This document shows, piece after piece, positions 1 to 12,403 of a DNA stretch of 64,000 nucleotides; positions within the stretch are counted from its first letter, which is position 1; each line of letters opens with the position of its first letter. Location of the stretch: the NCBI GenBank assembly GCA_043228905.1, contig JBHGNT010000004.1, positions 9,672,001 through 9,736,000 on the forward strand, given 5' to 3'. A model generated the notes under the pieces. It was not told the DNA's origin. It ran no database searches and saw only the letters and a list, made by a program, of their open reading frames with translations. This DNA comes from Azolla caroliniana. Its lineage: Eukaryota > Plantae > Polypodiophyta. A program made the translations under genes and the position numbers.

Positions 1-745
1 CCTTCCAGAAGTTGAAGTTCGATCCATCGAACTTTCGTAGACTCATTTCTGACGAGCCGGATGTTGATGCCATCAAATTCGGTTTTGGTTGACGAAGCTC
101 GGTTCGGAGTTGACTGGGAACCTTGTTGGAGTGCAGTCGGTTGGCTCACCCGATATCGTTCTAGTCGGATTTGAACCCGAGTCGGTTCGGCTTCGGATGT
201 ATTGTTGAACTTGCTCGAATTGACTCCGGTAACTTGAGGGACAGAACCGACTGGTCTTCCCGAATGTCGCTGAGTCGGAGTGAGCCCGGTTCGCTTCGGA
301 TATGTATGCCGAATGCCGATTATTGAAACCGATTATCTGGACCGATTCGGCTTCGGGTGACTGCAGCGACGAGAGAGACGGATCCGACTGATCCTCCCGA
401 ATGTCGATCAGCCAGATGAAGCACGAATTTGGATTGTTGTCAAAGTTGCACAAGGGGATTTCACCTCGAGCGGTTACGATCACAAGGGACAGAGTACAAC
501 CTGCTGGCTTACTCCAAGCAAGGGGATCTAACGCGATGAGGTGCAAACCTCGTTTTTGTTCTTCTTCTCTCTTTCTTCGAATGACGCAGGAAACCGAATG
601 CAGAGACGACGGCCGACAGCGGATTGAAGGACCGACTACTGTGCAGGCTCTGATACCAGATGTTGTAAGAAATGTCGTCAGTGCGGAAGATCTTGAAGCA
701 CTCGATTCCTGTTTATTCCCTGCGTATGACAGAATGTAGGTCGTT
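1..745 (-). mobile_element. Ty1/Copia family A 5' fragment: leader, PBS and U5 end of LTR (661-745), inverted relative to the adjacent 3' half
   Basis: GCTCTGATACCA at 647-658 is the reverse complement of the iMet PBS; 661-745 is the reverse complement of 1736-1820. Confidence 0.85.
647..658 (-). promoter_or_regulatory. Primer-binding site, tRNA-iMet (TGGTATCAGAGC)
   Basis: Exact canonical motif 2 nt from an LTR end. Confidence 0.9.
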
Positions 746-754
746 AGCAGATTT

Positions 755-1342
755 ATGCACAATCCTGGCCGATCGCATTGGAACGCAGTCAAGCATGTGT
801 TCAGATATCTGGCTGGCACAAAAGACCATGGCATTCTTTTCGGACCGAACCGAACCTCAGGCGTAGTCGGTTACACCGACTCGGACTTCGCCGGCTGTAT
901 AGACAGTCGGAAATCAACAACCGGATACTGCTTCAAATTCGGCAATGGAGCAATCTCGTGGAAGTCGAAACTTCAGGAGTGCACAGCGACCTCAACGACC
1001 GAAGTAGAATATGTAGCTGCGTCCGACGCAGCAAAAGAAGCTTTGTGGCTCGGTCGGCTGGCGCACACGTTTCGACAAGTCGAACATGACTCGGCTCCAG
1101 TTGTCTACAGCGACAGTCAAGGTGCTGTTGCCTTGTCGAAAAATCCGGTTCACCACAATGCCTCCAAACATATCGACGTTCGATATCACTTCGTTCGGGA
1201 CTGCGTCATTTCAGGGAAAATCGGTCTAGAGAAAATATCCACAACCGATAATGTCGCAGATGGAATGACCAAATGTCTCTCGGCAGACCGTTTTCGGTCT
1301 CTTCGGCATCAGATGGGCGTAACGACAAACCAGTCCGGTTAG
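755..1342 (+). pseudogene. Copia A pol C-terminus (end of RT plus RNase H), 5'-truncated
   Basis: Motifs GYTDSDFAG, RKSTTGY, ISWKSKLQ, KHIDVRYHF, NVADGMTK. Confidence 0.92.
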
Positions 1343-1535
1343 AGTCGGACACAGAGCAGGATGGTTCCCGACAACCGACATCAGCTCCTTAATGATCGGC
1401 TTCAACTGTTCCGACCCGACCAGTTCGGTCTTCTGTCTTCGGATCCTGCCGACTCGAACAAAGCTGATATGTCCGAGAACCTAAGTCTATACCTGTAATC
1501 TTAGATAACCCATGTATACGCCCATTACGGGGGAG

Positions 1536-1820
1536 TGTCGAATACATGTGTATAATGGACGTATTCACACCATCCCGTTTCGGCCATTTATGTAATTAGC
1601 ATAAAGGGTAGTTGCCCTAAGTCGGTCACTATATATAGTGACCTTGTAACCTCTTTGTGAGGTTGGGTGTTGTATTATTGCTTTGTGAAATAAAGAGTCT
1701 TTTGTGTCTCTCTCTCTCTCTCTCTCTCTCTGTGCAACGACCTACATTCTGTCATACGCAGGGAATAAACAGGAATCGAGTGCTTCAAGATCTTCCGCAC
1801 TGACGACATTGCTTACAACA
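1536..1820 (+). repeat. Copia A 3' LTR (285 bp, TG...CA)
   Basis: Preceded by PPT GGGGGAG (1529-1535); contains TATA-like, AATAAA and (CT)n tracts; related to 8733-9034. Confidence 0.88.
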
Positions 1821-4379
1821 ACTTCCGGATTGCTTCTTTATCCGGTTCCGCTTCGATTCCGTCCGGTTGCAGTAAGTAAGGTGATACCGCTTCGGCAACG
1901 TCAATTTCGAATAGGGGTACAATCTTCGGGTTCTCCTTCAAGTACTGATCTTCTTCTTCATCTGCGAATCCTTCCAGCATATTGATGCACTCCGCATATA
2001 ACGGTGTCAGATCCTTGCCAGTGTCCTTCCTTGGTTGTGTTGGTACCCGTACCTTCGCTTTTCCTCGCCGGAACGTGATCATATTCCTCCTCCAATTCTG
2101 CTTGATGTGTGTCGTCTTTAACCAAGGGCGTCCCAACAATAATGGGTACGCTCCTTGAGCCTGCAACTGGAGAACTACGGCTGAGATTCGGAATGTGTGG
2201 CCCCCGATGGTTACTTCTAAGTCCCGTATTAATCCTGTCAGTCGCACCGAGCTTGTGTCCGCCATTCGGAGCCAGAACGGACATGGCTCCCACTCTTGGA
2301 TTCCAAGAGCATCGCACGTCCGGAGGCTTATTACATTAACGTCGGAGCCTCCGTCTATTATCATGCTGGGGAGTTCTTTCCCTTTCACAATGGCAGTATT
2401 TGCCGGACTGTTGGTGTCCACCACCGTCGGTCCCTCCTCCAGATTTGAGAAGAATGCCAAAGCCGGTGGTGTTCCGCCTGTCGCCGTGTCGGACTTGAGT
2501 CCTTCTGTGAATCTTGGTACCGTCCATTGTAATCTCGGTACCTGTCATATCTCTTGTACCGATCATAGTTGTCTCGCCGATCGTCATACCGGACATCCTG
2601 TGTCGGTCGATACCGCTCCTCTCGTCGCTAGCGTTCGTCTTCCTCATCTTGGTTGCTACGTGGCTCGATTTGCCGGACTGGTGGAGCTTGCCGATTCAAT
2701 AAGTTATATTCGCACCAATCCATCGTGTGGCTCGTGGAGTGGCAGAGTAAGTAGTGCATCCGCATGGTGCACTCCAGTGACGAGTGTCCGGAATTCAAGC
2801 AGGTCGTGCATTGGATTGCTTGCCAGAAGCGGAGATCCTCATTGGTTGGTAACGCTCGTTGGAGAGCTCCCATTGTTAGCCAAGAGCTCGTTTTTTCCAT
2901 TTCTCTAACCCGGCCGATGACCTGGTCGACGGTGCTTGCACGAAAGTCAATGACCGTGCATACTGTTCGGAGAGGTTCCCGGAGGGCGGCTAAAAATATA
3001 GCCCGCGTTTCTTCCTCCAGAGGTGCGTGGGTAACCTGGCTGTGCATCCATTGAAACTGGATGACAAACTGCGGGATGCTCTCCCAGGGTCCTACCGGAT
3101 GGTATAAAATAAGCCCACCATTTCTCGTTGGTCCACCTCCTCCTGGAAGAAGTGCAAGAATTTGTCTTTCAGGTCTGCAAAGGTGGTGATGGTGCTGCGA
3201 TCCTGCGTCCGGTGCCATCTGGCGGCCGATCCTTCCAATGTCACACCGAATTCGGCTATCTTAGATCGTTCCTCTTCTACCGCAGTTAACCGTTGTGACA
3301 CATGGTTAACCTCCCATGTTTGTTGGAATGCGTGAACATGAGCCTCCGCGTCTGGATCATCCCTATACTTGGAGTACTGGAACGACATGTTGTCGTCCGG
3401 TGTCGGTACGCGGGCTGGCGGTGTTGGTGGTCTTTCCTGTTGTTCCGTCAGCGTGGGAGGTCTTTGCCGGTTTTCCTTTGGTGTTGCCGGCTCGACTTCC
3501 GGTGTTGGAGGTTTTTGCCGGTCTTCCTCCGTCTCCGGAGGTTGCTCCATGTCTAGTGTCGGAGGTTCCTGATTTGCCAACTCTGGTTCCGGTGTCGGTA
3601 TTGTATCCAAATCCGGTGTCGTCTGGTCCTCCCAGGGTGTTGTTACTGCTGCGATAGTTCGTGTGCGTGCTGTAACCCCCTTCCGAATCTGATTCCAGCG
3701 CTGAAAACGCTTCGGATTCGCCGTCTCTTCCGGCCAAGGCCTGCAGAAGGGATTCCGCTTCCCGGAGGCTGCTTAAGCTGCTTCCTTCGTCCGGGTAGGC
3801 GTTTTGTTGTAGACGGAGGAGCGACTCCTCTGCCACTTTCCGGATCACTTTGGAAAATGATCGATCCATTCGGATTTCTTCCTCTGCTTGTTGGAAAGCC
3901 TCTCGCCACCTTCTTCGTTCAACAAGTCTTCGTGCTCTCTCCGTAACCGGGTCGTTTGTTGGCCTCGTCATCCATTCCCGTCATTGTTCATTGCAATTGT
4001 GCAGGAATCGTGGTTGCCAAAAACTGTGTTAATCCGAGGGCAGGACAACAGCCTAACACAGGGTGTCCACTTAAGACACTTCACCAAAGGGTGGTATGGT
4101 AGAATGACTTACGGCACAACGTTTAATTAGACCTTAATTGGCTACTTAGCAATCCGTAAATAACACGCGTAAGATATAACAATGAATACAAAACAATAAT
4201 CAACACTGGAAGACTAAGACAATAACCGGGCCTTTATATAGGTCTCCGGTGCGAAATACAAAACGGTGCCAATCGGCACCTTTACGGGATCGGTCCGGAT
4301 CCGGATCCGGATCGGCATACCGATTCCGGTCCGTCCATCCACATCTTCTCATGTATTAATAAGATTACTAATTACAACA
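1821..4379 (-). mobile_element. Non-chromoviral Ty3/Gypsy 5' half: LTR ~4025-4379, PBS 4010-4019, frameshifted gag and protease; interrupted by Copia A
   Basis: Gag-like ORFs 3092-3610 and 2628-3218 (CxxC-H-C knuckle); protease IIDGGSDVNVI...LLLGRPWL at 1813-2460; PBS TGGCAACCAC resembles tRNA-Arg. Confidence 0.8.
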
Positions 4380-4433
4380 GTTCCCGAATAACTATTCCTT
4401 TTCACGCTCTGATTTGGACCTCCTGAAGCCTTC

Positions 4434-7400
4434 TTGCCAGCTGGTAACAGTTCGCTTCCAACTGACAAACTCGACAGAAGTAACTATGCATCTTGGTCGT
4501 ACAAGATGCACCAGTACCTGCTCGGACATGGATACTGGAGCTATGTCGATGGAGCGAATGATGTAGCACCCGAATCAACACAGAGAGACTTCCCAGCCTG
4601 GGAACAGTTGGCGAGCGGAGCTCTCTACTGTTTCGTGTCCTATGTGAGCGAACAACTCTTGAGCTACATTGAGGATGCAAGAATGCCGAAGGATGCTTGG
4701 GGAAATCTGAAAAAGATTTTCGTCGCAAGAACCACAGCAAGGAAACTCTAATTCCGATAGGAGTTGAGCAATGTGCGTCAACGTGACATGACGGTGGCTG
4801 ACTACACCTCCAAGATGAAGGATATCTGTGACTCCCTTGCCTCCATCAATGTGAACGTTGAGGGCGAAATGGTGCAGATCTGCCTCCGAGGATTGGTGTC
4901 GATGTTCGGAGCATTCCAAACTGCTGTTTGTACAAGGGAGAATACGCCGTTGTTTTTTGACTTGTAGTCGATGCTTCTTGTAGAGGAGAATCACACGGGT
5001 GCGTCGACAAGTGTGCACGCCGATAGCAAGATGTTGTACACGGAGGGAGATAGGCCCCATGGTCGTGATGGACAAAGCAAATCAGCGTGCAATGGAGGCG
5101 GTCGATGGGTGCAAGGAAGAAGGCATCGTGGTGATGTCGACAGCAATTCCAGACCCTCCAAAAGCAGGGGGAGTCGAGGAGGCGACTAGAACCGACAAGG
5201 GAAACACGTCGCGGAATTTTGGTATTGTGGCAAGAAAGGCCACAAGGAGAGTGAGTGTTGGAAGAAGCGAGCCGATTCAGAGAAAACTGGATCCAAATCC
5301 AGACGGACCGAACAAGGAAATCGGCAGCGGACGCACTACGTTGAAGGATCCGAAGAAGTCAGAAAGGGGGCAGCCTTCGTGACAAGACATGAAGCGAACT
5401 CGATGAAGAAGACCACCCCGGAATCAGACGAAGTGTGGTACGTTGACTCTGGAGTGTCAAACCGGAACAACCGGGAGTAGTCGCAACAGGACACGACACT
5501 CCGCATCCGATTGTACATGTCAGTGAAGTTCCCCTCAGCCACGTCAGTCAAAAAGGGATGCTAATGAACGTGTTATACGTCCCGACAATTACGAAGAATC
5601 TGATGTCGGTCGGACAGATCGTCGACCAGGGGATGGAAGTCTGGTTCACGCATCTCAGGTGCTTCATCAAGGAAGAAGGCCAAGTTATTGCACGAGGGTG
5701 TAGAGATGGGAAGATGTTCATCCTCGACACCAATGACGTAGGCACCGCCATGTTCGCAAAAGTGCGAAAAGTCGAGTTGGATATCGACTTGTGGCATAAA
5801 CGGATAGGCCACGTCAACTATCAAAGGCTTCAGGACCTACAATCAAAACAAGTTCTGTTTGGATTGCCGAAATTCAGTGGTCGAAAGGCACAAATTTGTG
5901 AAGCCTGCCAGTTAGGGAAGCAACACCGAATTCCTTTCCCCAACGAGCGTAATCGGAGCCGAAATAAGCTCGACTTGATACACTCAGATGTATGGGGACC
6001 CGCACAGAACGTGAGTCTTGGCAGGAGGCGATATTTCGTCTGCTTCATCGACGACTACACCCGGCACACATGGATCTACCTCATCAAAAAGAAGAGTGAA
6101 GTCTTCTACTGTTTCCGGAACCTCAAAAATCTTGTCGAAAAGGAAATAGGGAGGAAGATCAAGTGCCTGCGGTGTGATGGAGGAAAAGAGTACTTTTTTG
6201 GCCAATTCAACAGTTATCTACAACAAATGGGAATTCGGCGTGAATTCAGTTGCAGGTATATGCCGGAGCAAAACGGCGTAGCTGAAAGGAAGAATCGGTC
6301 GGTTGTGGAAGAGGCGCGGGCAATGCTAGAAGAAAAGAGCATGCCCAAGTTCTATTGGGCCGAAGCAGTCTGAACTGTGATCTACATCCAAAATCGGATT
6401 GGCAAAAAAGTGTCAGCACATGAGCTGTATTTCGAAAGGAAGCCGAATCTACGTCATTTGAGGGTTTTCGGTAGCATCGCGTATGTGCATGTGCCAAAGG
6501 AGAAGTGGAGGAAACTAGACGCGAAAGCCAAGAAGTGTATCTTGGTCGGCTATTCGGATGAAAAAAAGGGTTAGAAGTGTTATAACCCCCGAACCAAACA
6601 AGCTCACGTATGTCGCGATGTCGTATTCGATGAGTCTGCGTCTTGGTACTTGTCTCCAACTCCAAACCTCAACTACAATCCGAGTTCTGAAGATGAGGTC
6701 AGCAAGGCGAAGATGCCTCCTGATGAACGCGAAGTCAGAACTCTTGAAGAGAGTCTGATCTCCTTTTGGCTAAATGGATCGAATAAGTGACCAAGTCGGC
6801 GAGTAGTGGAGACTCGGCCGTGCATTTCCTGCACAGGAAGCCGTACAGACGACTTACACACAAAGAAAAGGGAAAGAAGAAGATGTCGGAGTACGACACG
6901 GATAGGGACGAGTCGGATCGACATGAATCCGACTCCGAGAAGAGCGATGACGTGCCTTCAAGATTGACGCCCGCTTCGACCAATATTGCCTCAACATCGT
7001 CTAATGAACAATTACGCTGATCTATCTAATAGAAGAACCCTGGTGTGCGGTTCGGATACAACGAGTACATGGTGCATCACTATGCGTACATGACACGTGT
7101 AGCGGAAGTGCCTGAGCCGGAGAGCTACACAAAAGCGGCAAAGAACGCTAATTGGCGTGCCGCCATGGAGGAAGAGATGATTGCACTTGCCGAGAATGAA
7201 ACTTGGACCCTGGTTGACACCCCCAAGGGTGTAAATTCGATGGGATGCAGGTGGGTGTACAAGATCAAGTACAACACCGACAGTTTGGTCAACCGATACA
7301 AGGCCCGGTTAGTAGCAAAAGGCTATGCGCAACAACATGGCATCGATTACGATGAGACGTTGGTGTTGTTCATGCAGATGACGATCGTCCGTGTTTTGCT

Positions 7401-8292
7401 AGCAGTAGTTGCAGCGAAGGGGTGGCACATACATCTAATGGATGTAAAATGAGTTCCTGCAAGGCGAGCTTGAGGAACAAGTGTACGTGGTACAGCCCCC
7501 TAGATTTCACTCTAGAACAAACACTTCGGCGGTATGCCGGTTGAAGAAGTCCCTTTACGGACTAAAGCAAGCCCTGCATGCCTGGAATGTAAACATCACG
7601 CAACAATTGCGTCGGATGGGATTTGCGATGTCCAAATCGGACTCTTCATTGTTTGTCTGGTAAAGTTGACTTGGGCCGGTTAGTATTTTACTTTATGTTG
7701 ATGACTTGGTCATCGCCGGCGTCGACCTAGGTGAAATTGATCGCGTAAAGCTCCAGCTTGTGGCATCATTTGATATGAAGGACCGGGGGGACCTTCATTA
7801 CTTTCTCGGGATCAAATTGATCCGAACCCCCAAAGACATATTGATCAGCCAACAGCATTACGTGCTGAGTATGCTCTTCAAGTTCGGGATGGTGGCCTGT
7901 AAGTCTGTCTCAGTAGCAAGAAGCAGCTGATAGTTGCATTGTCGAGCATAGAGGCTGAGTATCGAGGAGCAGTTGTCACAACATGCGAAGCCATATGGCT
8001 GAAGTGGTTACTTAAGGATCTACAGGTGGACGTGTCTGATCCGACGACGATCTACTGCGACAACCGCAACAACATCCAACTTGTGAAGAACCCCGTCTTC
8101 CACGCCCAGACTATGCATGTTGAGGTGCACTACCACTTTGTCCGTGAGCGGTTCTCTCTGGTGAAGTTGAACTTCAATATGTTTCGATGGATCGGCAAAC
8201 CGCTGACATTTTCACCAAGCCCGTTGGTCTGGACAAGTTGCGGCAATTCTTGGGTGCGCTTGAGTTGCGGCACCTTGATGTGCCGAACTTGA
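4434..8292 (+). pseudogene. Copia B gag-pol with many stops, frameshifts and deletions
   Basis: NYASWSYKM (gag), YCGKKGHKESEC knuckle, VWYVDSG protease, HSDVWGP/FIDDYTR/QNGVAERKN integrase, YKARLVAKG RT, TIYCDN RNase H. Confidence 0.9.
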
Positions 8293-8732
8293 GGGGGAGA
8301 AAAGTCCCGCAAGACCAAGGAAAGAACAAGAAAGAAGCAGGAGTGACCGCGACATCAAATCGGATGACGAATTCGATTTAGTGTTGACTGAAGAAGCCGA
8401 AGGCGGATCCACAGAAGAGTCTGGAAGCGGACGAGAGGGCAGCAACCGAAAGAAAGAGCCGGAGCCAAACAAACATGTGGGAGATGAAGCCAACAAGGCT
8501 GAGAAGGCCAAGATTGAGGACGAATTGGAGACATCCAATTCGAACAAAAGCGGAGACGAATCGAAGGCCAAGCGGAATAAAGGGCAGTAGAAGAGGCGCC
8601 AACATCGTGATAGCAAGGGAGCTGGAAAAGGCCGCACGAGCAAACAAGCCAACCGAAAGGGTCAAGGCGTAGGGAATTGAACAGGTCGAGGAGTACGAGC
8701 GAGGCATGAAGCCAAGAAAAACTGGAGGGAAG

Positions 8733-11687
8733 TGTTGGGGACAAGGTCGTCAGTGCGGAAGAACAAACAACATCTGTGATGTTGAAGGACCTATGTATGA
8801 GAATGAACAAGATATACACAAATAGAGACAGAGAGAGATAGGCACAAAGAAATGTTTTATTTCTTAATAGCAACAGTTACAAATGACAACCGACCTTCAC
8901 TAAAGGTTACAAAGTCACTTTATATAGTGACTATCCTAGGGCAACTGCCCTTTATGCTATTTACAGAAATAGCCCAAACTTGGGTTGTCCAAAGGGACAG
9001 TGTGAATACGGTCATTATACACTCGTATTCGACACTCCCTCGTAATGGGCGTATACATGGCTTATTTGGAATTACAAGTATATACAAAGTATATTGGACA
9101 GATCGGTTTTGTTCAAGTCAGCAAGATCTGAAGACAAAAAACTGAACTAGTCGGGTCGGAAGAGCTAAAGTCGATCCTCAAAGGACCGATGTCGGTTGTC
9201 CGAAACCATCCTGTGCTGTGTGTCCGACTTTAACCGGACCGATTTTTCGTTACCCCCATCTAGGGCCGGAGGGACCGGAAGCGATCCGCCGAAAGACACT
9301 TGGGCATTCCATCTACGACATTACCGGTTATGGAAATCTTCTCGAGACCGATTTTCCGTGAAATGACGCAGTCCCGAACAAAGTGATATCAAACGTCGAT
9401 ATGCCTGGAGAACTGAGTGGTGAACCGGATTTTTTGACAAAGCAACAGCACCCTAACTATCGTTGTAGACAACTGGAGCCGAGTCTAGGTCGACTTGTTG
9501 AAACGTGTGCGCCAACCGACCGAGCCATAAAGCTTCTTTTGCCGCGTCGGACGTAGCTACATATTCCGCTTCGGTCGTTGAGGTGGCTGTGCACTCCTGA
9601 AGTTTCAACTTCCACAAGATTGCTCCATTGTCGAATTTGTAACAATATCCGGTCGTTGATTTCCGACTGTCCACGCAGTCGGCGAAGTCCGAGTCGATGT
9701 AACCGACTACGCTTGAGGTTGAGTTCGGGCCAAAAAGAATATTGTGGTCTTTTGTGCCAGCTACATATTTGAACGCATGCACACTGTCGGAAACTTATGA
9801 AAAGAAGGTCGCCGCGATGAAGATGTATCTAATCCGGTGCCTCTACAACTTGTGGATTAAAGAATGTCGTGGTCTTTTGTGACAGCTAGATATCTGAACG
9901 CATGCTTGACTGCGTTCCAATACAATCAGCCTAGGTTGTGCATGAATCTGCTGACGACTCCTACGACGTGAGAAATATCAGGCCATGTCACGACCATCGC
10001 GTACATAAAGGAGCCGATTTCCGGTCCATATGATACGGACTTCATATCTTCCCCCTCCGGACCAGTTGTCAGGTCTCGCTGAGATAACCGAAGGTTAATG
10101 GGGAGCGGGGTCGAAGCAGAGTTGGCCGATTGCATGTTGAAGCGTTCCAAGACACATCTGATGTAGTCGGTTTGAGACAAGAAAAGTTGTCGTTTATCGC
10201 GATGCCGACTAATCTTCATACCAAGTATGTGTCTTGCCGAACAGAGCTCCTTCATGGAAAACTTCAACAGCAATTTCCGAACGAGTTCAGTGAGCTCTCT
10301 GGCATGTCGGCCGAAGAGTAGCACGTCGTCCACGTAAATGATGAGGAAGACGGGAGACCCATCTTGAGTTGTTTTGGTGAAGAGACAATAGTCCTCATCG
10401 CTCTTCGAGAAGCCGACCAACTGGATGAAGTCATCGAACTTCCTGTACCACTGTCGGGGTGCCTATTTCAGGCCGTATAAAGTCTTCCTGAGTTGGCAGA
10501 CTAGATGTTCCTGGTCGGATGCCACAAACCCTTTGAGCTACTCCATATAGATTTCCTCCTATAGGTCACCGTGGAGGAATGTCGTTTCTACATCTACCTG
10601 AATCAACTCCAAGTTGTCGGTGGCCACGACGTCGAGCATGAAACGAAGGGTTGTTATTTTCACCACTGGTGAAAAGATTTCGTCGAAGTTGACACCATAT
10701 TCTTGTCTAAATCCCTTCGCAACTAATCTGGCCTTGTACTTTGGGTTGGTCTAGTCAGACATCTCATTTAGTCGATAGACCCACTTACACGGAAGAGCAC
10801 GTCGATACTTTGGCAATTCGACCAGGTCCCAAGTCTTGTTTGCACGAATGGAGTGCATTTCCGACTCCATCGCCAGATGCCAGGTGGTTGAGTCGTCAGA
10901 TGCTGATGCTTCTTCGTAAGACATCAGTTCGCCGGCGTCGGTAAAGAAAATTCCGGGAGAGTACCTTTCTGGAGGTTGCGACAGTCTCTCGGATCTTCGA
11001 GGTATGACTGGACTGGTCCCACCAGGTATAGGTGTCAGATGGTCGGAAGCCGAACCATTCAGTTATGCTCAATCAGTGGATTCAGGACGAGAGGTGTCGG
11101 TTACCCGTGAAACTGATCTCGTGTTGTGCGTTGGGCCTTCATGAAGGGTTGGCACTTTGGAAACTATTACCCTTCCGACTTCAATAGGCCTTTCGGCCGT
11201 TTTATGCATAGCCGACTCGTTGAACACGACGTCGTCCAAATTTCAGACAATTTGTCTGCGCTCAGGGTCCCACAGTCGGTATCCGAACTCGCCGTCGAGT
11301 CCATATCCAAAGAAAACGCATTTCCTTGATCTTGGTTCAAGTTTCCGGCGGTCTTCTTTCGGTATGAAGGCATACGCCTCGCAACCGAAGATCCTCAGCT
11401 TGTCATAATTCAGCTTACTACCGGTCCATGTTTCCTGAGCTATTTTAAGTCCTAGAGGTCTACTTGGCGACATATTTATTATGTGTACTATTGTAAGTAG
11501 AGCCTCCGCCCAGAAGCCATCCGACAGTCCGGAGTGTTGGAGCATGGATACTATCCGTTCTTGAATCGTCCGATTCATGCGTTTAGCAATTCCGTTCTGC
11601 TCCGAACTATAGGGTGCCGTATATTCACGTGGTCTTCTGTGATGTTGAAGGACCTGTGTATGAGAATGAACAAGATACACACAGATA

Positions 11688-11728
<41 letters not shown>

Positions 11729-11921
11729 GCACAAAGAAACGTTTTATTTCTGAATAGCAACAGTTTCAAATGACAACCGACCTTCACTAAAGGTTACAAA
11801 GTCACTTGATATAGTGACTATCCTAGGGCAACTGCCCTTTTTGCTATTTACAAAAATAACCCAAACTTGGGCTATCCAAAGGGACAGTGTGAATACGGAC
11901 ATTATACACTCGTATTCGACA
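8733..11921 (-). mobile_element. Copia A-related element with internal deletion (gag, protease and U5 of 5' LTR lost); 3' LTR 8733-9034, truncated 5' LTR 11636-11921
   Basis: Two matching LTRs ending TATTCGACA on +; RNase H 9453-9782, RT YVDD in 9926-10420, integrase C-terminus 11243-11625; flanks GGAAG/CAAAG are not a clean TSD. Confidence 0.85.
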
Positions 11922-11961
11922 CAAAGGATTGGAAGAGCCTCAGGTTGAGCTTGAGGGGGAG

Positions 11962-12403
11962 TGTTGAAATACAAGCTCAACATTGACCGGATCGGTTGTG
12001 CAAGTGGAGAACTGGATCAGTTTGGACCGATCGGTTAGGCCGGATCGGTGTGTAAACCCGTTCGTAAATTGGTGTGCAACAAGAAGCCGGATCGGTGCGG
12101 AAATCGGGAGGCTGTTGAATAGATATTCTACGACGGAATATATTTGGGAGTTAGTGTAGGAGCTCTGTTATGAGCATTGAAGTACGTGTTAATACTTCTG
12201 CCAGTCCGTATGGACTTGTATAAAAGTGTTCTTTGAGCACATCCTATGTACAAAGTTTACACATTATTCGAATTCAGTTTTTCTGTGTGTGCTTTCCTCT
12301 CACTCTCTCCCGTGTACATTGTGTCTTAAGCTCTCCATTAAACCTATTTTTTTCTCTATGGGTATTATGTGTTTTGTATAGCTTCCGCACGTAACATTTC
12401 ACA
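11962..12403 (+). repeat. Copia B 3' LTR (442 bp, TG...CA)
   Basis: Starts right after the PPT; ends ACA where a minus-strand RT frame resumes; TATAAAA inside. Confidence 0.8.

Larger units (their letters stand above)
4434..12403 (+). mobile_element. Ty1/Copia family B, decayed; 5' LTR not seen; carries nested Copia A copy 8733-11921
   Basis: gag-PR-IN-RT-RH order; PPT TTGAGGGGGAG at 11951-11961 followed by LTR. Confidence 0.85.

Noticed and set aside
73-834. 253-aa ORF and the many similar antisense or overlapping ORFs in the track
   Set aside because: They cross element junctions or shadow gag/pol frames and carry no recognisable motifs
8728-11926. TSD for the nested Copia A copy
   Set aside because: Flanks GGAAG and CAAAG match at only 3 of 5 positions
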